Assembly: GCA_021849125.1 (NCBI GenBank)
Contig: JAJZTG010000001.1
Span: 96,422 to 160,421, forward strand
Source of the DNA: a bacterium
GTDB lineage: Bacteria > Patescibacteriota > Minisyncoccia > Phycocordibacterales > Phycocordibacteraceae
DNA: 64,000 bases
Direction: 5' to 3'
Made by a program: the position numbers and the translations under genes. Shown here piece after piece: positions 1 to 9,229 of the stretch. The notes below the pieces were generated by a model. It saw nothing but the letters and a program-made list of their open reading frames with translations, searched no databases and was not told the origin of the DNA. How positions within the stretch are numbered: the stretch's first letter is position 1; each line of letters begins with the position of its first letter.

Positions 1-1
1 C

Positions 2-1330
2 GTTCAGAACGGAGTGTGCGAAAACGACGCCGATGACTTGCTTGACGTGTGGCTCATTCGTGGCGACTTTCTTCTCACGCTTTTCGACAGCCATACCTTT
101 ACACACATCGTCGGTAATCCGCCTTACATTCGACAGGAGATGGTGCCGAATGCGCTCATGGCGGAATACCGCCGTCGATTTGAGACGATCTATGACCGCG
201 CAGACATCTATGTGCCGTTTATCGAGTACTCACTCAAGCTGCTCGACGAAGGAGGAGCGCTCGGTTTCATCTGCGCCGATCGCTGGATGAAAAACCGCTA
301 TGGAGGTCCGCTCCGCGATCTCGTGGCGAGAGAGTACCACCTACGTACCTACGTCGATATGATCAATACGGACGCCTTCCACTCGGAGGTGATCGCGTAC
401 CCGGCCATTACGGTGATTGCTCGCGAACCATCCGGTCCGACGCGCATCGCCAAACAGCCGAAAATAGACGTAAAGACTCTCGCACAATTGTCACGAGCGC
501 TCACGCAGGACGAACTGCATGACAAAATTCTCGAGACGACTGTATCTGCTGGCGGGCCATGGACGCTCGACGAGTCGGATGCGCTTACGCTGATACGCCG
601 TCTCGAATCGGAACTCCCCGCACTCGAAGATGCGGGCTGCCGGGTGGGTATTGGTGTCGCTACTGGTGCGGACAGTGTCTTTATTGCACCGTTCGACACA
701 CTCAACGTCGAGTCGGACCGAAAACTTCCACTCGCCATGACCAAAGATATCCAAAGTGGAGAGATAGAGTGGAGGGGTCTCGGCGTGATAAATCCTTTCG
801 ATGAAAGCGGCAAGCTCGTGTCGCTCTCAGACTATCCGAAGTTGCGCGATTATCTCGAGCTTCACAGCGATACAATCAGAAAACGTCATGTATCAAAGAA
901 GAATCCGAATGGTTGGTACAGGACCATCGACCGCATTTATCCAGAGCTCGTTGCAAGACCAAAGCTCCTTATTCCGGACATCAAAGGTGATGCTCATATA
1001 GTGTATGAAGAGGGTCGGTTCTACCCACACCACAATCTTTATCACATTACCTCGGAGAGTTGGGACCTCCGTGCACTCAAATCTGTGCTTTCCTCAGGTA
1101 TCGCACGTCTTTTCATCGAAGCGTACTCAACACGTATGCACGGCAACTGTCTTCGTTTCCAGGCACAGTATCTGCGACGCATCCGCATCCCCCGATGGAC
1201 TGACGTGCCGAAGGACCTTCGACACCAATTGCGTGACGCGGCTGAAAAGAATGATACGGCCTCGCGCGAAGACGCTGTCTCTCGGCTCTACTCCCTAAGC
1301 ACCAAAGAGCGTGATATCATCAGGTCGTAA
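2..1330 (+). CDS. N6-adenine DNA methyltransferase, gamma-class (TaqI/Eco57I-like), 5'-truncated by window edge
   Basis: The frame is open from base 2, and the listed ORF begins at a GTG. It carries the motif IV NPPY ([11 protein letters not shown]) preceded by a GDFLL motif, followed by a long C-terminal region consistent with a target-recognition domain. Its stop codon overlaps the start of the next gene (TAATG). Confidence 0.8.
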   Translation, partial: VQNGVCENDADDLLDVWLIRGDFLLTLFDSHTFTHIVGNPPYIRQEMVPNALMAEYRRRFETIYDRADIYVPFIEYSLKLLDEGGALGFICADRWMKNRYGGPLRDLVAREYHLRTYVDMINTDAFHSEVIAYPAITVIAREPSGPTRIAKQPKIDVKTLAQLSRALTQDELHDKILETTVSAGGPWTLDESDALTLIRRLESELPALEDAGCRVGIGVATGADSVFIAPFDTLNVESDRKLPLAMTKDIQSGEIEWRGLGVINPFDESGKLVSLSDYPKLRDYLELHSDTIRKRHVSKKNPNGWYRTIDRIYPELVARPKLLIPDIKGDAHIVYEEGRFYPHHNLYHITSESWDLRALKSVLSSGIARLFIEAYSTRMHGNCLRFQAQYLRRIRIPRWTDVPKDLRHQLRDAAEKNDTASREDAVSRLYSLSTKERDIIRS

Positions 1331-2067
1331 TGGCCCTGAATTTAGCGAAATACGAAGAGCGTGCAAAGCGTGCAGTTAAGCTCTTTTGGGGCAATCGTGC
1401 GGCCGCTGCGCGCCAGCAGAAAGCAAACGGGGTTGTCGATCAAGGTACACGCGGAGCAGTCACGGCAGGCAAAAACATGGACGGCTTTGCCGAACTAATG
1501 GCCCAGGTGGTAAGAGCCAACGGACTTGAGCATGCGACCATAATTCACGGTGGACGTCTCGTTACTCTGCCTGGCTATTTCCGTCCTACTAAGCAATGGG
1601 ATTTCCTCGTAATCAATGAGGGACGGCTCGTTGCGGCGATTGAGTTCAAGTCGCAAGTAGGGTCTTTCGGCAACAATTTCAATAATCGCACTGAAGAAGC
1701 TATTGGTACGGCCCATGATTTATGGACGGCGTACCGTGAAGGCGCATTCGGAGAACATCCAAAGCCGTTTGTCGGATGGCTAATGCTTCTTGAGGATGCC
1801 GCCGGTTCTCGGCGCCCAGTTAACGATAATTCGCCGCACTTCCCTCTGGCTAATGACTTTGAAAATTCCTCTTATGCCGATCGATATAACGTGCTGTGTA
1901 AAAAGCTTGTGCAAGAAGGACTTTACACGTCAGCTTCAATTATGCTCTCGCCGAAATCTGCCAAACGGACAGGAGAGTATTCAAATCTGAGCGACCTAAC
2001 GAGCATAGACACTTTCGTCGCCACACTAGCAAGTCACATCGCAGGCGAAGCTGCGCGATCAAAGTGA
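1330..2067 (+). CDS. putative type II restriction endonuclease, partner of the upstream methyltransferase; possibly XhoI/PaeR7I-like
   Basis: This 245-aa ORF is translationally coupled to the methyltransferase through the TAATG overlap. Its size and the M-then-R gene order match the PaeR7I/XhoI systems as I remember them. The family assignment is inferred from context, not from recognised catalytic motifs. Confidence 0.5.
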   Translation: MALNLAKYEERAKRAVKLFWGNRAAAARQQKANGVVDQGTRGAVTAGKNMDGFAELMAQVVRANGLEHATIIHGGRLVTLPGYFRPTKQWDFLVINEGRLVAAIEFKSQVGSFGNNFNNRTEEAIGTAHDLWTAYREGAFGEHPKPFVGWLMLLEDAAGSRRPVNDNSPHFPLANDFENSSYADRYNVLCKKLVQEGLYTSASIMLSPKSAKRTGEYSNLSDLTSIDTFVATLASHIAGEAARSK

Positions 2068-2177
2068 AGCTGGGATTGTTCTGCACCCCTCCTTCTGAGC
2101 ATACGGCTCTTGACGACTTCGCGTCAGGTGGTAGCAACTCTCGTCCAAAGCATCCACAGATTGGACCACTAGACATC

Positions 2178-2756
2178 CTATTGGGTGATCTTGGTTGGTT
2201 TCAAAAACCGCTCAGCAATGTATTCAAGGTAATTGCGAACAAGATAGAAATCCTGCATTGGGTTAAGTTCAAGTTTTGTCGCATCGCCTGCATCCGACCA
2301 GATCACAATATCAATTTCACCGTTGAGACTTAGTGCCTGAGGTTCACATGCATTTGAGGGCCTGTCGTGTTTGAAGGTTGGATGTTTTACAATGTCGTTT
2401 GCAATGTCAACGACCCGCTTAATGTTTTCAGCGTAATAAGCGTCCACTGCTTTGGCGTCGCTCAGCATCTTGCGTAAGATACTTAACGCCTCAAGCATAG
2501 TACGCAACAATGCATACATAGCGAATGCGTATGACCATGATTTGCGCATGTAATACATCACCTCGCTGTTAGTCGGGTTTTCTTTTTTAAAAAACTCGGT
2601 GTAGCTGTCGCTAAGCGACATCATCTGGTGATACGCGTAGAGGTAGTACGAAAGTGCCACATCGGCCGTATGTTTTGATTTTTGGTCTGGGAATTTGTAT
2701 CCAGCGTAAAACTCTAGAAATTGCGGGACGCTATATTTTTGGACGAGATCTTCCAT
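2178..2756 (-). CDS. hypothetical protein; second gene of the AT-rich two-gene operon
   Basis: 192-aa ORF tightly coupled to 2759..3265, with low GC and no motif I can recognise. It is divergently oriented to the KAP NTPase, with 77 bp between the two start codons. Confidence 0.5.
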   Translation of the reverse strand: MEDLVQKYSVPQFLEFYAGYKFPDQKSKHTADVALSYYLYAYHQMMSLSDSYTEFFKKENPTNSEVMYYMRKSWSYAFAMYALLRTMLEALSILRKMLSDAKAVDAYYAENIKRVVDIANDIVKHPTFKHDRPSNACEPQALSLNGEIDIVIWSDAGDATKLELNPMQDFYLVRNYLEYIAERFLKPTKITQ

Positions 2757-2758
2757 AT

Positions 2759-3265
2759 CTATCGCACCCCAATCACTTTCCTAAATTCGTTTGCCACGTG
2801 TTCTCGTTTTGGAGGAAAATCGTTTTTGTATCTCGTCACCAATTCACTCCATTTCTTTGTATCGGGACGCTCGCCGTCCAATCGTGCCTCGTACGCAAAC
2901 TCGTGGAACATAGTTTTATATTCCTCGGCGAGCTTGGCCATATCATCAGACAAACTTTTGGAGAGATAATGCCGGTTCCGTAGATAGTGGCCAATAAAAT
3001 AGTTGAAGGCCTCACTTGCTTTTACACGCCGTCGCATTTCCGCCTCTTTTGAGGCATCATCCTGGATCGGCGAAACAAGTTCACCCACGATCCGATCCAA
3101 ACGCTCCATTCTTTTCATCATTTCGTCGAGTACTTCAGCACGTTTTGCGTACAATCCAGATTCTTTGATTGATCGAACTTGCGTACGATAGTTCATCAAG
3201 CCATTTATTAGAGCGGCAGCTGCGCCAGACCCGAGCACAGATATTGAGAATGTGACCCAGTCCAT
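2759..3265 (-). CDS. hypothetical membrane-anchored protein; first gene of an AT-rich two-gene operon
   Basis: 168 aa with an N-terminal hydrophobic helix (WVTFSISVLGSGAAAALINGLM) followed by a charged, helical soluble part. GC is visibly lower than in the neighbouring genes. It lies 2 nt upstream of the next minus-strand ORF. Confidence 0.5.
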   Translation of the reverse strand: MDWVTFSISVLGSGAAAALINGLMNYRTQVRSIKESGLYAKRAEVLDEMMKRMERLDRIVGELVSPIQDDASKEAEMRRRVKASEAFNYFIGHYLRNRHYLSKSLSDDMAKLAEEYKTMFHEFAYEARLDGERPDTKKWSELVTRYKNDFPPKREHVANEFRKVIGVR

Positions 3266-3342
3266 GGGTGATATTTTACCTCATTCTAAAGCGACTCCCC
3301 CACGGGCTGTCATTCAAGTGAACAAAGGTCTAAAATACAGTT

Positions 3343-6300
3343 GTGGAATCACCACTGCACATCCAGAAGTATCATGCCCGCCTCAAGGAAGTGTTTACTG
3401 ATTTGAGAGTGATTACTGCGAATCTTTCGGTGCTAATCAAAGCGGTTTTTCTTGGCATTCTGGTCGCTGAGATTTGGCGTCTCTCGCTCGTTGCCGCAGG
3501 AAAGGCTAATGGATGGATATTTTCAAACAACTATGAGTCCTGGGCTATTGGCATTTGCATAGCGGGAATCGCGATACTAGTCTCGTATCTTATAGCAAGA
3601 GACGTTCCTGCAGATTTCAAGAAGATTGTCGCGAGCGGCCGTATAGACGTATTTATTGCGATAAGTCTTGGTGCGTGGCTGAGCGTCGCGTGGAGCGGCT
3701 TCTTTTCAGATTGGTATACGGCTTTTGTGGCGTCGTCGAGCATTCCCCAGCTACTGACGATAATCTCCGGGCCGTTCATTCTGGCCGTTCTTATTGTGGC
3801 GAGATCTGTCGTTCGGAGGGAGAAGAAGGTTGACTCATCCTTTATAGTTGATCTCGAGCTAAACGACAAAGAGAAAGACTTGCTTGGTTTTGGCGATAAG
3901 GCGAGCAATTTCGCAGAGCGTGTCTTCAACGGCGGTTCGCCAGACAGCTTCGTATTCGGTGTCGATGCTCCATGGGGGATCGGTAAGTCGACCTTCATAA
4001 ACTTTTGCCAACAGTACTGGAGGGAGAAACATGGACACGAGATTGTAGTCTACAAATTCAGCCCGCTCCAGCACTCCGGAACAAACGACCTGCTCGACGT
4101 GTTTATTGATGGGCTCATTCAGGCAATCCAAAAGGATTCTTTTGTACCCGAGATTAAACCGCTCATCTCAAGCTACTCTCGCCTACTGAAAGAGGTCAGT
4201 CGATTTTCAATATTCGGCCTTGCTTTGCCCAGTTTCTCTACCAACTACACCGCCAAGGATGCATGCGATGATCTGACTGTTGTCCTTCGAAATTTCCATA
4301 AGAAAATAATAATCGTCGTCGACGATTTAGATCGAATCAGTTTCGATGAAATGAAGAGTATTCTCTTCGTGATCAGGAAAAGCTTCATGTTTCCGAACAT
4401 CTCATATGTCATCTGTTATGACACCGACAACATCAGCGCTCTCGAAGCAGAGACCCAGGACACGGAAAAAATAAGCGAGTTCCTAGAGAAATTCGTCAAT
4501 ATAAAAATCAGCCTCTATCTTGATCGGAAGGACTTGGTTAAGTACATCTCAGAAAATATCAGTGAGGCTCTTTCTGCGAGCACAGTGGATCCTATCTTGG
4601 TAGGACAAGCAATCGGAGGATTGAAGGATATATATAACTCGTCGATCTATCACAAGTACCTTCCATTCATCGGTGACGTCAGGAAGCTCAAGCGTCTCAT
4701 CAATACAGTGACGTTGTTCGAGCTCCAAACAACTGATTTCAAGAACACGGATTTCGACAAACGTGACTTGATCAACCTGTTGCTTATCTATATCCATTAT
4801 CCCAATGTCTTTCGAAAAATATACGACACCGAAACCGATGGAGGACGCGGATTCTTCTCTCTGGTAATTCCACACGAGGATGGATATCCAGACGAAGAGC
4901 CGGGTGCCCCTCGAAGAAACTCCCTTAGCGATTCGGAGTATAAAAATTCAAAATACTATCACGAGTATCTCAAAGAGCTCCCTGAAGGCGGTAGGCAACG
5001 CTTCCTATTGGACCAAGTGTTCAATGTAGACGTTAGATTGAAAGGCACTGGCGATAATCATTTCGCTACCCGAGACAGGTACGCTCAGATCGACAATGTA
5101 CCCGAGGACGTGCGGACATCTCTGGCCTGTTTCAATGGGGGCTGGACGAATGGCAGGAATCTAGAGACTTATCTTGACCTGATTGTTAAGCTCGCGAAAC
5201 CCGAAGAGAGTGGGCAGCATCGCTTCTACACTCGCTGGAAGGACGAGATCATTTCCGGCTCGAAAACCCTTAAAGAGGTATTTACTGACGCCAGATTTGC
5301 ATATGATAAGAGTGAAGCGCCGCGCGAGAAGCTTTGGAGAATCTTCGTCAATAATGCTAGAGACCTTAAAAAGGCGACGGCCGCATCCGTGATTTCGCAT
5401 CTGATTGAAAGTATGCCCGATTACTCGTTGCTTGAGATAAAGGAGATTGGTCTGGGTCTACGCCATAGCTTGGATTACTTTCTAACCCGTCTACTGAACG
5501 ACGCGGGCTGGACTGATCCGGCCGGTAAGCATTCCAATAACACGGAGAAACACATAAAAGAGATCGCCGAATGGGTGTTTGGTGAGAGCGCGCATTCAGA
5601 CAAAAGCATTCTCGACAGACTCTCTGCGCCCGAGCGTGGTGTATTAGGCCTATACGATTTGATGGTATTTCGACTTTCGTGCAGCGCGGATCGTGGAGGC
5701 GATATCTTTGATCTTACTCGGGCGGTCGCTCAGCACGCCAACCCCAACGCGCCCATTCAAGGCGATACACGCGACATTGCTCGTGAGGAAATGCGAGAGA
5801 TGTCTCAGAAAGTCTTCCAGATATTTAAGACACAGTACATTGATCCTAAAATAAATATCTTTGATAAAGTTGCAGCGCTGCAGATTTCTGATTTCGCCGG
5901 GAAGTACGCTACTTATCTGGCACAGAAAGTCACCGACGGAATTGTCCAACAATCTGACATAGACAAGAAAGTTGTTGAAATGAAGACTCGCATCACGAGC
6001 TTCATTCTCTACCAACTTGGGAATAACGAGATCAGTCATGGGGTTGGGTGCGGGTATTACGATCCATCTGGAACGAAGGATGGGCACGGAATCAGGAAGC
6101 TCATGAATGAATATCTCTTTGGGCTATGCTTTGACCCGTCGAAACCAGAGAACGCACAGTATTTGGTGGACTATCTGTTTAGGAATTTCGCTAATGCAAT
6201 CGCATCAGCGCGCGAGGATGGTCGAAAATACATACCGAGCATCAACGAGTTTACGAAAGTCCTCGACAAGGTTGGTCTCGCTGGCTATTGGCAGAACCAC

Positions 6301-6465
6301 GGGGCAACTATCAAGGCCCTGAAACTAGAGGATCTTGAAAAGATCGTCTTTGTCGGGAATGACGAAGCTTCGTATCGGGAATATGTGCCCTTGGTTTTTA
6401 AGGTGCTAGATGACAATCTGGCTGAGGTGCAAGCGGCGGCGGCAAAGGTTCTTGCGGCACAGTAA
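3343..6465 (+). CDS. KAP-family P-loop NTPase with four N-terminal transmembrane helices and a ~500-aa C-terminal extension
   Basis: Walker A FGVDAPWGIGKSTFIN and the KAP-type Walker B IIIVVDDLDRISF. Four hydrophobic segments fall in the first ~165 aa. The C-terminus is alpha-helical and ends in an alanine-rich stretch that looks HEAT-like. Confidence 0.8.
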   Translation: MESPLHIQKYHARLKEVFTDLRVITANLSVLIKAVFLGILVAEIWRLSLVAAGKANGWIFSNNYESWAIGICIAGIAILVSYLIARDVPADFKKIVASGRIDVFIAISLGAWLSVAWSGFFSDWYTAFVASSSIPQLLTIISGPFILAVLIVARSVVRREKKVDSSFIVDLELNDKEKDLLGFGDKASNFAERVFNGGSPDSFVFGVDAPWGIGKSTFINFCQQYWREKHGHEIVVYKFSPLQHSGTNDLLDVFIDGLIQAIQKDSFVPEIKPLISSYSRLLKEVSRFSIFGLALPSFSTNYTAKDACDDLTVVLRNFHKKIIIVVDDLDRISFDEMKSILFVIRKSFMFPNISYVICYDTDNISALEAETQDTEKISEFLEKFVNIKISLYLDRKDLVKYISENISEALSASTVDPILVGQAIGGLKDIYNSSIYHKYLPFIGDVRKLKRLINTVTLFELQTTDFKNTDFDKRDLINLLLIYIHYPNVFRKIYDTETDGGRGFFSLVIPHEDGYPDEEPGAPRRNSLSDSEYKNSKYYHEYLKELPEGGRQRFLLDQVFNVDVRLKGTGDNHFATRDRYAQIDNVPEDVRTSLACFNGGWTNGRNLETYLDLIVKLAKPEESGQHRFYTRWKDEIISGSKTLKEVFTDARFAYDKSEAPREKLWRIFVNNARDLKKATAASVISHLIESMPDYSLLEIKEIGLGLRHSLDYFLTRLLNDAGWTDPAGKHSNNTEKHIKEIAEWVFGESAHSDKSILDRLSAPERGVLGLYDLMVFRLSCSADRGGDIFDLTRAVAQHANPNAPIQGDTRDIAREEMREMSQKVFQIFKTQYIDPKINIFDKVAALQISDFAGKYATYLAQKVTDGIVQQSDIDKKVVEMKTRITSFILYQLGNNEISHGVGCGYYDPSGTKDGHGIRKLMNEYLFGLCFDPSKPENAQYLVDYLFRNFANAIASAREDGRKYIPSINEFTKVLDKVGLAGYWQNHGATIKALKLEDLEKIVFVGNDEASYREYVPLVFKVLDDNLAEVQAAAAKVLAAQ

Positions 6466-6477
6466 AGAGATTTCCCA

Positions 6478-6500
6478 AGTCATAAGAAATTTACTGCACT
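6478..6500. repeat. perfect 10-bp inverted repeat (tttactgcac tag gtgcagtaaa) just after the KAP gene stop
   Basis: Read directly from the sequence. There is no downstream T-run, so it is either a terminator-like hairpin or a protein-binding or recombination site. Confidence 0.4.
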
Positions 6501-6664
6501 AGGTGCAGTAAACTCTCTCTATGCATAAAACTCACGGTCGAAAAGCTAGCAAATAAGCCATTGCGCAAAAGTTTTAGGGCAAAATCATAATTCCGTCGTA
6601 CACGTATCGTACTTTTGCCAAGATTGTGGAATACATTTGCTCGCTTCTGTGCGATTGTCTATAC

Positions 6665-7297
6665 ATGAGCGCAAAAGATAAACGAGAGCTGGATCGGATG
6701 CTTCGAGGTGTTGGCAGAGCCATGGATCAGGCGAGAATCGACGGTCCGTTTATTAAGGCAGAAGAGAACAAGGCACTCGGTATTGCGTATACGATCAAGG
6801 ATGTGTATGTCGGAGAGGTCGCCATCAGACGTAGTGCGAACGCATGGTGGATGAATGATCAAAAAGTCGCCTTGATCATAGAGGCCATGAAAGAGGGCCA
6901 TACTGTCAACACGGCGTGTCTGTATGCTGAAATCTCCCGTGCTCAATGGGAGTACTTCAATAAAATCCATCCAGAATTTGAGGCGGTCATCGAGATGTGC
7001 GAGCAATATCAGCTCGTACGTGCTATGGACACGGTGAACCGCAACCTTAACGATCCCAAGATGGCCAGGTGGCTTCTTGAGCGACGGCACCCTAAATTCA
7101 AAACACGGCTCACGCTCGACGACGTCCTCGGTCGACAGATCCCGAGTTTGATTACGAATCTCGCGTTTCAGGACGAAAACGAAACCCCAGAGGCGATTGC
7201 AGCAAAGCTTACACAACTCGCAGAAACGATTCTTTCGGAAAACGAGGCGCGCAAGCGTGGGCTTGTAGTGCCGAATTCAAAAGCACTTTCCGATTAG
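6665..7297 (+). CDS. phage terminase small subunit-like HTH protein (Terminase_2-like)
   Basis: The C-terminal region contains MARWLLERRHPKFKTR, which resembles the W-L-L-E-R-R motif of phage TerS (P27-family) proteins as I remember it. No large terminase is nearby. The start is placed at the internal ATG at 6665. Confidence 0.45.
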   Translation: MSAKDKRELDRMLRGVGRAMDQARIDGPFIKAEENKALGIAYTIKDVYVGEVAIRRSANAWWMNDQKVALIIEAMKEGHTVNTACLYAEISRAQWEYFNKIHPEFEAVIEMCEQYQLVRAMDTVNRNLNDPKMARWLLERRHPKFKTRLTLDDVLGRQIPSLITNLAFQDENETPEAIAAKLTQLAETILSENEARKRGLVVPNSKALSD

Positions 7298-7309
7298 AAG
7301 TAACTTTTC

Positions 7310-7870
7310 TTACTTAACTACCACCCATTCGCTCGCGGACCAGCCAGCTTCCCCGACCTTGTCTGAGTCGGCTTCGGCCGCCCCCTTGGTGACGCGCACT
7401 TTCGTCAGAGTCATGCTTGTGTCGATGACCCTTACCTCCGAGCCGTTATGGACACAGAACAGCCCTTCTTTGGTCAGGTCTAGAATGCCCAGGTAGTCCT
7501 TGGCAAGAAGCGCCTTTGTGTATTCGTCGTACACGGCCTTCGTAGGCGCGAGGCAAAGCGCTTGGGTTGGGTCATCATTGCCTGGAAGTCGAAGATACGC
7601 ATCTTGCCCGAGCGTCCGCGCTTCGCTTGGTCCAGCGTTTCTTTGTGTCGTAGCTGTAGCGTTCTCGGTGGCGCTGTTGATGGAACTGAGTACTGCTCCG
7701 AACAAGAAGAGGCCGACAAAGAGGCTGAAAACAGGATGGCGATGTGGCCAGCTTCGCAAATCAGATTGGCAATAAGGGCACTTCTTTGCAGCGGAGGGAA
7801 TATCCTTACTGCAATGTGGGCACGATTTTGTCTCTGCAGAGTTCTGAGTCATGGGAATTATGCGATCCAA
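7310..7870 (-). CDS. membrane protein with an N-terminal zinc ribbon (CPHC...CPYC) and a single TM helix
   Basis: Two CxxC pairs near the N-terminus, then the hydrophobic stretch VFSLFVGLFLFGAVL, then a soluble C-terminal domain. Confidence 0.5.
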   Translation of the reverse strand: MDRIIPMTQNSAETKSCPHCSKDIPSAAKKCPYCQSDLRSWPHRHPVFSLFVGLFLFGAVLSSINSATENATATTQRNAGPSEARTLGQDAYLRLPGNDDPTQALCLAPTKAVYDEYTKALLAKDYLGILDLTKEGLFCVHNGSEVRVIDTSMTLTKVRVTKGAAEADSDKVGEAGWSASEWVVVK

Positions 7871-7883
7871 TAATTCCCGTGCA

Positions 7884-8078
7884 GGACGCAGAAACCCGCC
7901 ACGGGCAATGAGGTTTCCCCCAAGGGCGGATCACGCCGAACCCCGTGACGGGTTTCTGCGCGTGATCCGACTTGAAGACCATGCCGCGGCCGGAGCCTTC
8001 GGTTTAGGTCCCGCCCCTCACGGGGCGCATATTCGTGTGTAGCACATGTTCATGATAGCCCAGAGCGGCTATCATCGG
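7884..8078 (+). ncRNA. structured RNA / regulatory leader with mutually exclusive hairpins
   Basis: Bases 7887-7905 are complementary to 7942-7960 (19 bp, one mismatch). Bases 7927-7936 are complementary to 7960-7969 (10 bp), and that second 3' arm abuts the 3' arm of the first hairpin. Further GC hairpins follow (cgcccctcacggggcg and tgatagcc..ggctatca). All of this sits upstream of the gene starting at 8129. Confidence 0.35.
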
Positions 8079-8128
8079 AACCCCTATCACTGACTTGCAG
8101 AAAAGCCAAGGAGGCATAGCATTTTGGT

Positions 8129-8899
8129 ATGAACGCTCACGAGGCTAGCACCTCGGTTTTTACAAGTGACCGTGATGTCATTGCGGAGATTGAGCGCATT
8201 TTGCCGCAGCCACTGGTCGATTCTCTGAAGGAGCGCATTTTACAGGACAGGGTGTACGATCCTGCCCATGCCGAAGCGTTCAGTCTCCTAAAGGAGGCAT
8301 TTCGTAAGATTGGTTTTCGAGTAAATAGAAAAACACTCGCCACAAAGCTAAGAGATTTTCAACGCGCCCTCGAGAGATTCGACGACGAGCTCATTTCAAA
8401 CTTTGCGTACGAACCACACCAAAAGCTATATGCTGTCCATCCAAGTCGTCGAAATGGCGTGGCTTTAATGCGTGAGCTTCGGCAGTCTTACGATCTGTTT
8501 GCAAAAACATACCGTCTTCTACTGAGCGAGGCTACAACTGCGTTCCATTCGTCAGTTGTGGAAGAGTCCGTCGAGCTCCAGAATCTCACAATCAGATTCT
8601 CGAATGAAGAGGGTGCAATCTATGTTGGTGAGAGTCGTTGCCAACTCCCGCCGTTCAAAAATGGCCACTATCTTTGCAGAGTCATGTTTACTAAACCGCC
8701 CAAAGTGCCAGTCGACTGGTCAGACGTGGCCAACGAAATGTTCGGCAAGGATCCCATAAGACGGGCAGAACGTCTTCGGTTAGAAAGAAAAGTTAGAGAT
8801 GCAATGTATGCAGTAAATCGAATCGTTGGGAAATTGAATACCCCCGATAAGTTATTTACCTGGAAAGACAAGACAATTATTCGAAACTATGGCCGATAA
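8129..8899 (+). CDS. hypothetical protein
   Basis: 256-aa ORF inside the low-GC mobile region with no motif I can recognise. Confidence 0.5.
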   Translation: MNAHEASTSVFTSDRDVIAEIERILPQPLVDSLKERILQDRVYDPAHAEAFSLLKEAFRKIGFRVNRKTLATKLRDFQRALERFDDELISNFAYEPHQKLYAVHPSRRNGVALMRELRQSYDLFAKTYRLLLSEATTAFHSSVVEESVELQNLTIRFSNEEGAIYVGESRCQLPPFKNGHYLCRVMFTKPPKVPVDWSDVANEMFGKDPIRRAERLRLERKVRDAMYAVNRIVGKLNTPDKLFTWKDKTIIRNYGR

Positions 8900-9049
8900 C
8901 TCTCAGGTGATTCACCTCTGAATTCTTTAGGCTGTCGCCAGCTCGTTTCTTTTTGAAGGAGTCATGAACGCTCCTGGTAAAACCCTCTGCTTTCTTGGCA
9001 GGTGCTCTTAGAGCGTTCATCCCTGTCAAGAAAGGAGCGGGCTTTACTC

Positions 9050-9229
9050 ATGGCAAGCCAGCAACTAGCACAGAAATTCAAAGATGCGATTGCAGAAGAT
9101 TTCGACAAAGAAGTCTCTCTCGACGACGCTAGCCGGATGCTCTCAGATCTGGTTGGTTATTTTGACCTGCTTGCGAAGTTGCGGCACCAAATAACGGATC
9201 AAAATCATGGATCAAAGAAATCAAATTGA
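9050..9229 (+). CDS. small hypothetical protein
   Basis: Internal ATG within ORF 9002..9229 (MASQQLAQKF...), lying in the mobile-element context. Confidence 0.3.
   Translation: MASQQLAQKFKDAIAEDFDKEVSLDDASRMLSDLVGYFDLLAKLRHQITDQNHGSKKSN

Noticed and set aside
2064-2333. 89-aa plus-strand ORF overlapping the 3' end of the minus-strand gene 2178..2756.
   Set aside because: It overlaps a better-supported gene on the opposite strand and has no start context.
7851-8042. 63-aa ORF MGIMRSNNSRAGRR...
   Set aside because: It coincides exactly with the hairpin-rich non-coding element and has Arg/Pro-rich composition, so it is more likely structured RNA than protein.
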